Positions 35,238 to 43,809 of a stretch of DNA of 64,000 nucleotides are shown piece after piece. Numbering within the stretch: the first letter of the stretch is position 1; each line of letters begins with the position of its first letter. Made by a program: the position numbers and the translations under genes. The stretch covers positions 2,547-66,546 of the forward strand of contig JBGSTO010000317.1 of NCBI GenBank assembly GCA_041736465.1, read 5' to 3'. This DNA is from Anaerolineales bacterium. Its GTDB lineage: Bacteria; Chloroflexota; Anaerolineae; Anaerolineales; UBA4823. Under the pieces are notes generated by a model. That model ran no database searches. It was given only the letters and a program-made list of their open reading frames with translations, and was not told the DNA's origin.

Positions 35238-36119
35238 ATGCCATCCAGCTACCTGCTGATCAACGATCTTCGACACCATTACCTGCACTGGAATATCGGC
35301 AGCGGCAGCCGCCCACTGGTACTGCTGCACGGGTTGGCTTCCAACGCTCGCATCTGGGAGCTGGCAGCGCCGCACCTGGTTGACGCTGGCTTCGAAGTCC
35401 TGGCGCCTGACTTGCGCGGGCACGGCTTGAGTGATAAGCCCGACGGCGGCTACGATTTCGATACCTATGCCCGCGACCTGGCGGCGCTGTTCAGGGCATG
35501 GAATATCGAGCACCCGGTATTGGTAGGTCATTCCTGGGGAGCTATGCTGGCGTTGGATTTTGCAGCGCGCTTCATGCACGGCCCATTGGCGCCCGCCGGA
35601 TTGGTATTGGTAGACGGCGGATTTGCGCAGCTGGATCACCTTCCAGGGGCTACCTGGGAGTCGATCCAGGAGCGGCTTGCCCCTCCGCGCCTGGCGGGCA
35701 TACCTGTGGAAGACTTTCTCGCCAGGGTCAGCGCCCCAAACCAGCGTTGGCAGCCGGACGACACCGCTATGCAGATCATCCTGGCAAATTTCGAGATCAC
35801 TCCCGAAGAGACCATTTATCCACGCCTTAGCTATGAACGCCACATGCAGATCGTGCATGCCATGTGGGAATTCAAGACATTGCAGCGCTACCAGCCAGTG
35901 AGCTGCCCAATCTTGCTCGTGCCGGCGCGCAGCGCGCCGCCGCTCTCGGCTCAGGAAGCGGAGTTTTTGAGTTTGAAACAATCCTGCATCCAACAAATCC
36001 TGTCCAGCCACCAGAATACCCGGGTGATCTGGATGGAAAACAGCATCCACGATATCCCGCTGCAACATCCTGCCAAATTAGCGAACCTGCTGGTAGACTT
36101 TGCAGCCAGCCTGGCCTGA
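35238..36119 (+). CDS. alpha/beta-fold hydrolase
   Basis: 293 aa. LLHGLASN and GHSWGA nucleophile elbow. The equal-length antisense ORF is treated as a shadow. Confidence 0.85.
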   Translation: MPSSYLLINDLRHHYLHWNIGSGSRPLVLLHGLASNARIWELAAPHLVDAGFEVLAPDLRGHGLSDKPDGGYDFDTYARDLAALFRAWNIEHPVLVGHSWGAMLALDFAARFMHGPLAPAGLVLVDGGFAQLDHLPGATWESIQERLAPPRLAGIPVEDFLARVSAPNQRWQPDDTAMQIILANFEITPEETIYPRLSYERHMQIVHAMWEFKTLQRYQPVSCPILLVPARSAPPLSAQEAEFLSLKQSCIQQILSSHQNTRVIWMENSIHDIPLQHPAKLANLLVDFAASLA

Positions 36120-36203
36120 CCCGCGCGAATCTGGCACGATACTTGCAACAAATTACCTGGCATTATGAATGAAAGTATGCAGATCTGCAAGAATCTAAAA
36201 TAC

Positions 36204-36232
36204 TTGACGACTTATGCACTTTGTGCTAGTAT
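36204..36232 (+). promoter_or_regulatory. promoter of the LysM lipoprotein gene
   Basis: TTGACG (36204-36209), 17-nt spacer, TAGTAT (36227-36232). Confidence 0.55.
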
Positions 36233-36319
36233 CATTGCAAAATACCACAGAAGAATCAGCCGGTTGGCAGGGTACCTGCGCCGGCAGTTGCAGGAAGATC
36301 CAACTCAAGGAGAATGATC

Positions 36320-37015
36320 ATGAAACTAGCGCGCTATATCCTTGTTACCCTGGCGCTAATCCTGGCATTGCTGGCAACCGGCTGTGTTCAAAGAGCCTCC
36401 ACGCCACCTGCCGAGGTTGGCGCATCCACCCCGGGTGAGAAAGCGCCAGAGGAAGGCGCCACCAGCGATGTCATGAGCCAGCTCGAGAGAGCTGCCACAC
36501 AGACGCTGATGGCACTGCAAGCCACCCAGCAGCCCGTGCAAACAACACCTGAGGCCACCCCGGCTGGCGGAGAGGCGCAGCCCGCCGCTGAGACACCGGC
36601 TGCAGCACAGCCGACCACAGCGCCCGCCGCAGCGCAGCCTACCCAACCTCCGGTGGTCGTACCCACTCCCACACCGGGCATCCCCACCAGCTACACGCTT
36701 CAAAAAGGCGAACATCCCTTCTGTATCGCTCGCCGTTTCAACGTCAACCCGACTACCATGCTGCAGCTTTCCGGTTTGAGCGGCGGGGATACCTACTCCC
36801 CCGGCCTGGTTCTGCGCATTCCTCAAGACGGCGGAGATTTCCCGGCGGCGCGCTCTTTGAAAGCCCATCCCACCAACTACACTGCCTCTGCGGGTGACAC
36901 CATTTACTCCATCGCCTGTGAATTTGGTGACGTAGATCCCAATGCGATTATCATTGCCAACGCCCTGCAGGCCCCCTACAACCTGACATCGGGACAGAAT
37001 CTGTACATCCCCTGA
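36320..37015 (+). CDS. secreted lipoprotein with two LysM domains
   Basis: I chose the ATG at 36320, 6 nt after SD aaggaga. Lipobox LLATGC, a Pro/Ala/Thr linker, and LysM repeats YTLQKGEHPFCIARRFNV and YTASAGDTIYSIACEFGV. Confidence 0.88.
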   Translation: MKLARYILVTLALILALLATGCVQRASTPPAEVGASTPGEKAPEEGATSDVMSQLERAATQTLMALQATQQPVQTTPEATPAGGEAQPAAETPAAAQPTTAPAAAQPTQPPVVVPTPTPGIPTSYTLQKGEHPFCIARRFNVNPTTMLQLSGLSGGDTYSPGLVLRIPQDGGDFPAARSLKAHPTNYTASAGDTIYSIACEFGDVDPNAIIIANALQAPYNLTSGQNLYIP

Positions 37016-37032
37016 GTCGACTCTCCTCCCCG

Positions 37033-37078
37033 AGTTCTATCCCTGGGTCGTGGCCGGTGCTTCGTGCTGGTCACGACC
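37033..37078 (+). terminator. intrinsic terminator after the LysM gene
   Basis: 10-bp stem ctgggtcgtg (37033-37042) / cacgacccag (37062-37071), followed by ctttgtt. It lies inside the track's extended NUDIX ORF, which supports the later NUDIX start. Confidence 0.6.
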
Positions 37079-37106
37079 CAGCTTTGTTCACGAAACTGGT
37101 GCGCTT

Positions 37107-37649
37107 ATGGAATTCAAACCGATCAAATCAGAGACTGTTTTCCAAGGACGGGCTTTTGAGGTCCGCCAGGACCAGGTGCAATTGCCCGATGGCAGACAGA
37201 TTACCCTGGATATCGTCGACCATCGCGATGCGGTGACGATCTTGCCTGTAGATGGCGAGGGTTATCTGTGGTTTATCCGCCAGTACCGCCATCCCGCCGA
37301 ACAAATATTACTTGAACTGCCCGCAGGCGTGATGGAAGCTGGAGAACCGGCCGAGGAAAGCGCCCGGCGCGAGCTTCGGGAGGAAATCGGTATGGATGCA
37401 GGAGAGCTGCGAAAACTTGGCTTTTTTTATCTGGCCCCTGGCTATTCCACAGAGTGCATGCACGTCTTCCTCGCCAGCCAGCTCCTGCACGCTCCACTCC
37501 CCGGAGATGCCGACGAATTCTTGAGCATCGAACGTATCCCCGTTCAGGAAGCGTTCCACATGGCTGAAAATGGCCAGATTCGGGATGCAAAATCTCTAGG
37601 GGCGCTGCTCTTGGCCCGGTCGCACCTGTCGAATTACTTCGAAAAGTAA
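37107..37649 (+). CDS. NUDIX hydrolase (ADP-ribose pyrophosphatase-like)
   Basis: About 180 aa from the ATG at 37107. Nudix box GVMEAGEPAEESARRELREEIGM. Confidence 0.88.
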   Translation: MEFKPIKSETVFQGRAFEVRQDQVQLPDGRQITLDIVDHRDAVTILPVDGEGYLWFIRQYRHPAEQILLELPAGVMEAGEPAEESARRELREEIGMDAGELRKLGFFYLAPGYSTECMHVFLASQLLHAPLPGDADEFLSIERIPVQEAFHMAENGQIRDAKSLGALLLARSHLSNYFEK

Positions 37650-37650
37650 C

Positions 37651-37944
37651 TCAGGGTTGGGGCCGGTCGGTGCGCGGCAATCCACCGCCGCGCCGTGCGG
37701 TATGCTTGCGTCCGGTTTCCGGATGCAGCAAAGCATTCAACCATTGAATGGCACGCGGGTCATATTCTCGCCTGCCGCACACATCGCACACCCAGGCGGG
37801 AAAATTCGGTACGCTGATCAGCTCTTCATTAAGCCAGGTAAAATAGGTCAGATGTTGCAGGTTCATTACGCCGGTCTGGCATTCTGGGCACAGCGCGGGC
37901 GTCTGCGGTTGACTCTCGATTGTTCCTTGATGATTTTTTGACAT
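37651..37944 (-). CDS. YgiT/MqsA-type zinc-finger protein (no HTH domain)
   Basis: 97 aa. Cys pairs CPEC...CDVCG with the spacing typical of the YgiT-type zinc finger. Confidence 0.7.
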   Translation of the reverse strand: MSKNHQGTIESQPQTPALCPECQTGVMNLQHLTYFTWLNEELISVPNFPAWVCDVCGRREYDPRAIQWLNALLHPETGRKHTARRGGGLPRTDRPQP

Positions 37945-38014
37945 GGCTCAACCCTCACCCTGAAGAATCTTCACACCTGCGCGGTCGAATCCGTTCATAT
38001 CAATTCACCAGGCA

Positions 38015-38704
38015 TCAGCGGGGCGATTGCGAGTGGCTGATGATCTTCCATTCTTTAGGAGGCCAATACACCAACAAAGCCTTGCCAACCACGTTTTCCA
38101 GAGGCACCGGGCCCCATTGGTGCGAGTCTGAAGAGTTATTGCGATTATCGCCTAATACGTACAATTGATCCCTGGGCACCCTCAGGGCGCTTTCGTACTG
38201 CGGCGAATCATTAATATACGGCTCTCCCACCAGTACACCATTGACTCGCAGCTCTCCTCTGGATATCTCCACGCGGTCACCAGGCAGTCCGATGATGCGT
38301 TTGATATACTCCTGATCCGGATCGCGGGGGAAGTGGAACACGATTACATCGCCGTGACCGGGCGACCCCAGACTGTAGGCAAGGCGATTAACCAGCACAT
38401 AGCTGCCCGATGCGAGCGTGGGCTGCATACTGATGCCATCCACCCGAATACGCGCAGTCACCCAATTGATCGCAGCAAACATCACTGCTGCCAGCAGCAG
38501 GGTTTCCAGCACATCTCTGATAAAACCTGACAGGCGGGCTGCACCCTGCGGCTTATTGCCCTCCAGCAGCGTCCCTTCCACTGGGGGGTTGCCTGAGCCT
38601 TCGTCTGCAAGCGGCTGTACACGTTCCACATCATCGCCAATCATAAAATTCATTATAAGACCGCCATGAGGCAGGGGCAAGGGCTGGCAGGTATTGCTCA
38701 CCAA
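38015..38704 (-). CDS. lepB: signal peptidase I
   Basis: Catalytic motifs GISMQPTL and GDNRNNSSDS. The track start at 38704 is TTG. ATG alternatives exist at 38653 and 38644, so the start is uncertain. Confidence 0.9.
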   Translation of the reverse strand: MVSNTCQPLPLPHGGLIMNFMIGDDVERVQPLADEGSGNPPVEGTLLEGNKPQGAARLSGFIRDVLETLLLAAVMFAAINWVTARIRVDGISMQPTLASGSYVLVNRLAYSLGSPGHGDVIVFHFPRDPDQEYIKRIIGLPGDRVEISRGELRVNGVLVGEPYINDSPQYESALRVPRDQLYVLGDNRNNSSDSHQWGPVPLENVVGKALLVYWPPKEWKIISHSQSPR

Positions 38705-38807
38705 ATTGTGAGGATGATTTCGACTGTGGAGGTCAGTGGAAAAGAGGGGTTGCCTGGTGCAGGCAAAGACAACACACCCCGCGGCTCCGCCCTCGTTTCC
38801 ACATTGA

Positions 38808-40181
38808 TTATTGGCGCTGTTTCAAGATCAGGCGGACAGGGGTTCCGAGGTAAGGATGTTCTTCGCGCAGGCGGTTTTCCAGAAAGCGAATATAGGTGAA
38901 GTGTCCAAGTTTAGGATCGTTCACATACAGCAAAAAGGTAGGCGGATCGTTGCGCACCTGAGTTCCATAGTATATTTTCAACTGCCGCCCCGCGTGCGAC
39001 GGCGCCGGGTGCGCGCTTTGAGCTTTTTGCAGCATCTGATTCAGCCGGGAGGTTGCCAGATGCACCAGGCGCTCCTCCTGCACACGCAAAGCCATGGGCA
39101 GCACCTGCTCCACCCGCTTGCCCGTCAAGGCAGAAATATACAGTACCGGCACATAAGCCAGGAAGTTCAGCTCATAGCGCACATGGCGGGTGAAAGTATC
39201 CATGGTGTGTGTATCTTTTGGAACTGCATCCCACTTATTGACCACAACCACAACGCTCTTCCAGGCGTCCACAATATAACCAGCGATATGGGCGTCCTGT
39301 GCCGTAATTCCGCTGACCGCATCTATCACCAACAGGCACACATCGGCGCGTTCGATGGCGCGCATGGAGCGCAGCACGGAATATTTCTCAACACCCGGGT
39401 CGATTTTGCCTCTGCGCCGGATTCCTGCCGTATCGATCAGTGTGATCGAGATACCATCAAGTTCCAGAGAAGTGTCCACGGCATCCCGCGTGGTACCCGC
39501 GATCGGGCTTACAATAGCTCGCTCTTCACCCAACAGGCGGTTCAAGAGACTGGATTTACCAACATTGGGCTTGCCTACGATGGCGATCTTCACCGAGTCA
39601 TCTTCGGTTTCATCACCGCTCTGCACAAACTTCGCTACCAGCGCATCCAACAAATCGCCCGTTCCGGTGCCGTGCAGGGCAGAAACCGGATAAGGCTCAT
39701 CCATGCCCAGCTCGTAAAACTGGTAAACCAGCTCACGCCGCGCGGCACTGTCGGCTTTGTTCACCACCAGCAAGACCGGCGGCCAGGGCACGCCTTCGCG
39801 CATCACCTGGTTGCGGCGCAGTATCTGGGCCACCTCGCGGTCAGCCGGGGTCACTCCGCTCTCCGCATCGAGGACGAACAAGACAGCATCGGCTTCGCGA
39901 ATGGCGATCTCAGCCTGCTCGCGGATCTGCTCAATAAAGTCAGCCGAACCGATGGATAAGGGCTGCAGGCTGCTCCCGGGGCCTATTTGGGTTGGATCGA
40001 TGCCGCCGGTATCGACAATATCGAACACCACGCCGGCCCATTCGGCCTCGGCGATCAAACGGTCGCGGGTAGTGCCCGGAGTATCATCCACCACAGCCAG
40101 GCGCTCATCCGCCAGGCGGTTGAACAAAGTGCTTTTCCCAACATTCGGGCGACCTACTAATGCGACTACAGGCTTAGACAT
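38808..40181 (-). CDS. der: ribosome-biogenesis GTPase Der (EngA)
   Basis: 457 aa. Tandem G domains (GRPNVGKST and GKPNVGKSS) plus a KH-like C-terminus. Confidence 0.96.
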   Translation of the reverse strand: MSKPVVALVGRPNVGKSTLFNRLADERLAVVDDTPGTTRDRLIAEAEWAGVVFDIVDTGGIDPTQIGPGSSLQPLSIGSADFIEQIREQAEIAIREADAVLFVLDAESGVTPADREVAQILRRNQVMREGVPWPPVLLVVNKADSAARRELVYQFYELGMDEPYPVSALHGTGTGDLLDALVAKFVQSGDETEDDSVKIAIVGKPNVGKSSLLNRLLGEERAIVSPIAGTTRDAVDTSLELDGISITLIDTAGIRRRGKIDPGVEKYSVLRSMRAIERADVCLLVIDAVSGITAQDAHIAGYIVDAWKSVVVVVNKWDAVPKDTHTMDTFTRHVRYELNFLAYVPVLYISALTGKRVEQVLPMALRVQEERLVHLATSRLNQMLQKAQSAHPAPSHAGRQLKIYYGTQVRNDPPTFLLYVNDPKLGHFTYIRFLENRLREEHPYLGTPVRLILKQRQ

Positions 40182-40189
40182 AGAATTCC

Positions 40190-41491
40190 TCAGGGCTGCA
40201 CAGTGCCGGTGACCACTGGAGTCGCCGGCGCAACCACGCCCTGCGGGGCAGGTGTTGGCGTGAGTGCTTCAATGATCTCGACTTCCACAGTCTCCGGTTG
40301 TATATATGCTACCCGCACCTGGCTCGGCAGCAGATCAATCACTGGGGGCACCTGGTAAACACCGGGCCCCAGGCCAGTCAGATTGACAACCATACGAATG
40401 CCTGCCGGGTTCAGGTTGTTCAAAATTGGCAACGGCCCTGCCAGCATTACATCTACCGTGCTTGGAGCAATCGTTGCTTGCAGCTCTGGCGGCAAGCCAA
40501 CGATCTCAAGCGGCAGGGCGATCGGCAGGCTGCCCTCCAGCGCTGCAATGCTGAGGCGTACCAGCACGCTTACATCGCCCGCCAGTGTAACGCCCTGCGG
40601 CAGGTTTAAGGTGGCGCGTATATCGGTATCATCGCTCAACCCTGACATATCGATTGGGTTCGTCTCCACAAACCCGGGCAGGTCGTTCACCAATTGCGGG
40701 TCAGTCGAAAATACCGTCACATTGGGAGGCGTGACATTGATATTGGTCAGCCAATATCCTTCATCAACATCTCCTGTTGTGAGCACCTTAACCACCACAT
40801 TTCTATAGCCGCCCAGCAGGTTGACGCTCAAGGTAAAATCTACCAATGCGGGCGCAACCGTCAGCTCTCCCACGGTTTGACCGCTGGCGTCTTTAGGCTC
40901 GACCACCAGATTGCGCCGGATGGTGTCATTGGAATTAGAAATATCAACCCTGGCTGTCACCCTGTCTACTTTGGCGACTATTGACTCAGGGCCGGTGACA
41001 GTCACGCTCACCGGGTCTAGCTGCGGCGAGCCGGCGCGATAACCCAGGGCTGGCTCGCCAGTGATAGCCAGGTCGATCGGAAATTCCCTGGCAACCAGTG
41101 CCTCCAACTCCACTTCAACGACTTCAGGGTCGATTTTTACAACTCTCGCCGGATTAGCATTTACCTGCACGCGCACCGGCGCCTGATACTCACCAACAGT
41201 ATACCCGGAAAGGTCGATCCAGGCGCGCACACGATCGGTATTGAAGGTTAATTGATCCCAAACAGAACGCGGTGCGTCAATGGTGACCCTCACCTGAGCA
41301 GGTATCCGTCCGACCTGCAGCAGACCTGGATCCAACCCGCTTATTTCCAGGGTGACCGCGCGCGGATATGTGCGTTCTTCATTCGGGTCCACCGCCAGGA
41401 TTGCGGAAACCCATACCACTACAGCCAGGATGAAAGCCATCAGCAGTGTGCTTAGATTACGTCCAAGCCAGCGCAAAGGGGCCGATGGCAT
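40190..41491 (-). CDS. cdaR: YbbR-repeat protein, CdaR-like regulator of diadenylate cyclase
   Basis: I chose the ATG at 41491, 1 nt after the cdaA stop. An N-terminal TM helix is followed by four YbbR-like repeats and a Pro/Thr tail. Confidence 0.8.
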   Translation of the reverse strand: MPSAPLRWLGRNLSTLLMAFILAVVVWVSAILAVDPNEERTYPRAVTLEISGLDPGLLQVGRIPAQVRVTIDAPRSVWDQLTFNTDRVRAWIDLSGYTVGEYQAPVRVQVNANPARVVKIDPEVVEVELEALVAREFPIDLAITGEPALGYRAGSPQLDPVSVTVTGPESIVAKVDRVTARVDISNSNDTIRRNLVVEPKDASGQTVGELTVAPALVDFTLSVNLLGGYRNVVVKVLTTGDVDEGYWLTNINVTPPNVTVFSTDPQLVNDLPGFVETNPIDMSGLSDDTDIRATLNLPQGVTLAGDVSVLVRLSIAALEGSLPIALPLEIVGLPPELQATIAPSTVDVMLAGPLPILNNLNPAGIRMVVNLTGLGPGVYQVPPVIDLLPSQVRVAYIQPETVEVEIIEALTPTPAPQGVVAPATPVVTGTVQP

Positions 41492-41492
41492 C

Positions 41493-42374
41493 TTAATTCT
41501 CCTCTCGCAGATTTCCGCTATCGCTTTTCGCACGTGATAGCAGCCCGAAAAAGCCGCGCCGGGTAGCATTCGGGCGGAAAAATGTGCGCAGAATGTTTTC
41601 CAACCGCTCGCTATCCAGGCGGCGGATCATGCGCCCGCCATGGACTACGGAAATAGACCCGGTTTCTTCAGAGACCACAACAGCCACAGCATCAGTCACT
41701 TCTGAAATTCCCAGTGCAGCGCGATGGCGCAAACCCATTTGCCGCTCCGGAGAGCGCGTGAGCACACCACTGGCAGAGAGAGGCATCACGCAGGAAGCCG
41801 CCACCAGGCGATTGCCAGAGATGATCACTGCGCCGTCATGCAGCGGTGTGTTCGGATAAAAGACTTGCAACAGCAGTTCAGCCGTTACCTGGGCTTCCAT
41901 CGGTACACCGGTCTTCACATAATCGTTCAGACTATCAAAACGCTGCAAAACGATCAAAGCCCCATGCCGGCGGTCCGAAAGCCGGGTTGCAGCCCCCACA
42001 ACCAGGGTAATTACGTCGCGCGCGTCCAAATCTTGCGCATCACTGGATAATAGAGTGCCCGCTCTGCCCAGGCGCTCTAAAGTCCGGCGTATCTCCGGGG
42101 CAAACACCACCGGAATCGAGAGCAATAAAGCCGGTAGCGTGTTCTGCACCAACCAGGAGAAGGCTGGCAGCACTTCCAGGCTTGTGAGCAAGCTGATCAG
42201 CACGATCAGCAGCAGCACACCCCGCAGTAAGACCATCGCCTGCGTATCGCGTAAGAGCTGCAGGATGACAAAGAAAACAATCGTCACCAACGCCAAGTCA
42301 ACCAGGTTCAACCAGTTGATGCGTTCAAAGATGAACTGCAGGTTATTGATCAGGTCAAGAATAAAATCTGGCAC
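41493..42374 (-). CDS. cdaA: diadenylate cyclase CdaA
   Basis: 293 aa. Three N-terminal TM helices plus a DAC domain with HDGAVII and GLRHRAALG. GTG start 2 nt after the coaE stop. Confidence 0.93.
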   Translation of the reverse strand: MPDFILDLINNLQFIFERINWLNLVDLALVTIVFFVILQLLRDTQAMVLLRGVLLLIVLISLLTSLEVLPAFSWLVQNTLPALLLSIPVVFAPEIRRTLERLGRAGTLLSSDAQDLDARDVITLVVGAATRLSDRRHGALIVLQRFDSLNDYVKTGVPMEAQVTAELLLQVFYPNTPLHDGAVIISGNRLVAASCVMPLSASGVLTRSPERQMGLRHRAALGISEVTDAVAVVVSEETGSISVVHGGRMIRRLDSERLENILRTFFRPNATRRGFFGLLSRAKSDSGNLREEN

Positions 42375-42376
42375 TT

Positions 42377-43510
42377 CTAAACTGGCCTTAGAACGCGATC
42401 CTCGCGAAGCAGCTTATAAAGCATGACGGCATTTCCCGGCATAATTTCTGCTGCGGCTTCCTGCCAGGCGCGCACACCCAACTCAACGATGGTAGCAGGC
42501 TGGTAGCCAAGGGCCCTCCAGGCATTGTTTTTGGAAACCTGCTGATCGCTCAAAAAGAACAACGCCACTTCACACTGAAGTTCGCGCGAGGCCCGTTCCA
42601 CCTCAGCCGTCAGCGCTTTCAGTGCCGGTGCGAATTGTTGGGTAGGATCCAGGTAGAAATCATTCACCCTGGCTACCAAATTCTCCACCTGCCAACCCAC
42701 CAATCCGACAAACTGATCTCCGGATTTCAACTGCAGAAAGGCTTTTTCGCCAAAGGCTGCCATGATATCGTCTCGGGATACGCGCCGCCGGCCCGCGCTG
42801 TGTCGTGTGATGAATGCAGCAATCTCCTCCGCCTGCCTGGGGTTAGCGCGCTCCACAGAGAGTTCTCCTTGTACGCTCCGGGCTGTTTGCGGTGCAGCCG
42901 CCTGAACGGGCGCGATGGTGCGCTGCCATGAAGACACTACCTGCTGCCAGGCCTGCTCGTAAGAACCCTGGTTGCGAATAACCACATTGGCGGCGCCCAC
43001 CTTCTCCTCCTGAGGCGGCTGGGCCTGGATGCGCTGGCGAGCAGTGCCTTCGTCCATCTTACGCTTGTGCATCAAGCGTGCAAGCTGGATTTCCGGTGGA
43101 GCGTAGGTTACCCATAAAGAGTCGCATCGCGAGCGCAGATTCGATTCGAGCAGCTTGATGGCCTCGATGACAATCACTCTTTGCGCTGCGCGCCGCACCA
43201 GCACATCCACCGCCTGAGCCACCAGGGGATGGACGATAGACTCCAGCCTGGCCAGCGCCTCAGCGTCCGAAAATACAACCCTTCCCAGGCGCGTGCGGTC
43301 AATCTCACCATCCGCACCCAACACCCAGCGCCCGAAACTCTCCACGATGGGTTTATAGCCTGGGGCGCCTTGAGCAATCGCCCGGTGTGCCAGTGCATCT
43401 GCATCGATGCCATAAGCGCCCAGGTGCTCCAGCATACGGCGCACCACGCTCTTCCCGGTGGCAATATTCCCGGTTAACCCAATGACATATTTTCCCGTCC
43501 AGGCGCTCAT
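42377..43510 (-). CDS. coaE: dephospho-CoA kinase fused to a C-terminal GNAT-like domain
   Basis: ATG at 43510 (SD gggag). P-loop GLTGNIATGKS and a CoaE fold for about 195 aa. An additional ~180 aa then looks like an acetyltransferase-type fold (GLVGWQVENLVARVNDFYL...WRALGY). Confidence 0.85.
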   Translation of the reverse strand: MSAWTGKYVIGLTGNIATGKSVVRRMLEHLGAYGIDADALAHRAIAQGAPGYKPIVESFGRWVLGADGEIDRTRLGRVVFSDAEALARLESIVHPLVAQAVDVLVRRAAQRVIVIEAIKLLESNLRSRCDSLWVTYAPPEIQLARLMHKRKMDEGTARQRIQAQPPQEEKVGAANVVIRNQGSYEQAWQQVVSSWQRTIAPVQAAAPQTARSVQGELSVERANPRQAEEIAAFITRHSAGRRRVSRDDIMAAFGEKAFLQLKSGDQFVGLVGWQVENLVARVNDFYLDPTQQFAPALKALTAEVERASRELQCEVALFFLSDQQVSKNNAWRALGYQPATIVELGVRAWQEAAAEIMPGNAVMLYKLLREDRVLRPV

Positions 43511-43604
43511 GAACACTCCCTGTTTGACAGGTAGCAGTCCGATAGTATTGTGGGGTAGGGGATTCCTCTACCCCATATTCGGATAGATACCTCGTTCACC
43601 TTCC

Positions 43605-43633
43605 ATTTTAGCCGGGGCATGCCAGAATGTCAA
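43605..43633 (-). promoter_or_regulatory. promoter of the coaE-cdaA-cdaR-der string
   Basis: On the minus strand: TTGACA (43628-43633), 17-nt spacer, TAAAAT (43605-43610). The ~85-nt leader contains the hairpin ggggtagagg-aatc-ccctacccc. Confidence 0.6.
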
Positions 43634-43752
43634 AGGTGTGCACTGCCAACACACAGCGCAGTCTACTGTAAGGCGCTCACAGTTTCGAAAGGTATGGTTC
43701 AGCGCTATCTCGGAGCGGGTGCAGATTGCCCACAGCCTCAGCTTGCCAGGCA

Positions 43753-43792
43753 GAAAAAATCCGCCTGGCGGAGCACACCTGCCAGGCGGATT
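43753..43792 (-). terminator. intrinsic terminator after the peptide ABC permease genes
   Basis: 12-bp stem at 43758-43769 / 43781-43792, followed on the minus strand by tttttt. Confidence 0.8.
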
Positions 43793-43809
43793 CTCGGATG
43801 CATTAACAA

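Noticed and set aside
35187-36068. 293-aa minus-strand ORF of exactly the same length as the plus-strand alpha/beta-hydrolase it overlaps.
   Set aside because: The plus-strand product has the HG oxyanion and GHSWGA nucleophile motifs. The minus-strand product has no motif and an Arg/Gln/Ala-rich composition. The equal length looks coincidental.
36233-36319. Possible c-di-AMP (ydaO-type) riboswitch upstream of the LysM gene, or upstream of the KimA-like gene (33201-33264).
   Set aside because: The leaders are only about 85 nt and 64 nt long and show none of the conserved ydaO segments I can recall. That is too short for the ~130-nt pseudo-two-fold fold. Only a cmscan run could settle it formally.
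36540-36690. Repetitive-looking DNA in the linkers of secreted proteins (also about 11850-11950, 53590-53760 and 54130-54220).
   Set aside because: These segments encode Pro/Thr/Ala/Ser-rich low-complexity linkers inside clearly coding lipoprotein genes. They are not independent tandem repeats or CRISPR-like arrays.
43517-43752. A 290-nt gene-free stretch examined for a known ncRNA (6S, SRP, RNase P or tmRNA-like) and for the 81- to 97-aa ORFs listed there.
   Set aside because: I could find no conserved ncRNA motifs. The region is explained by a consensus coaE promoter, its leader hairpin and the dpp terminator. The ORFs overlap one another, lack an SD and have an odd composition.
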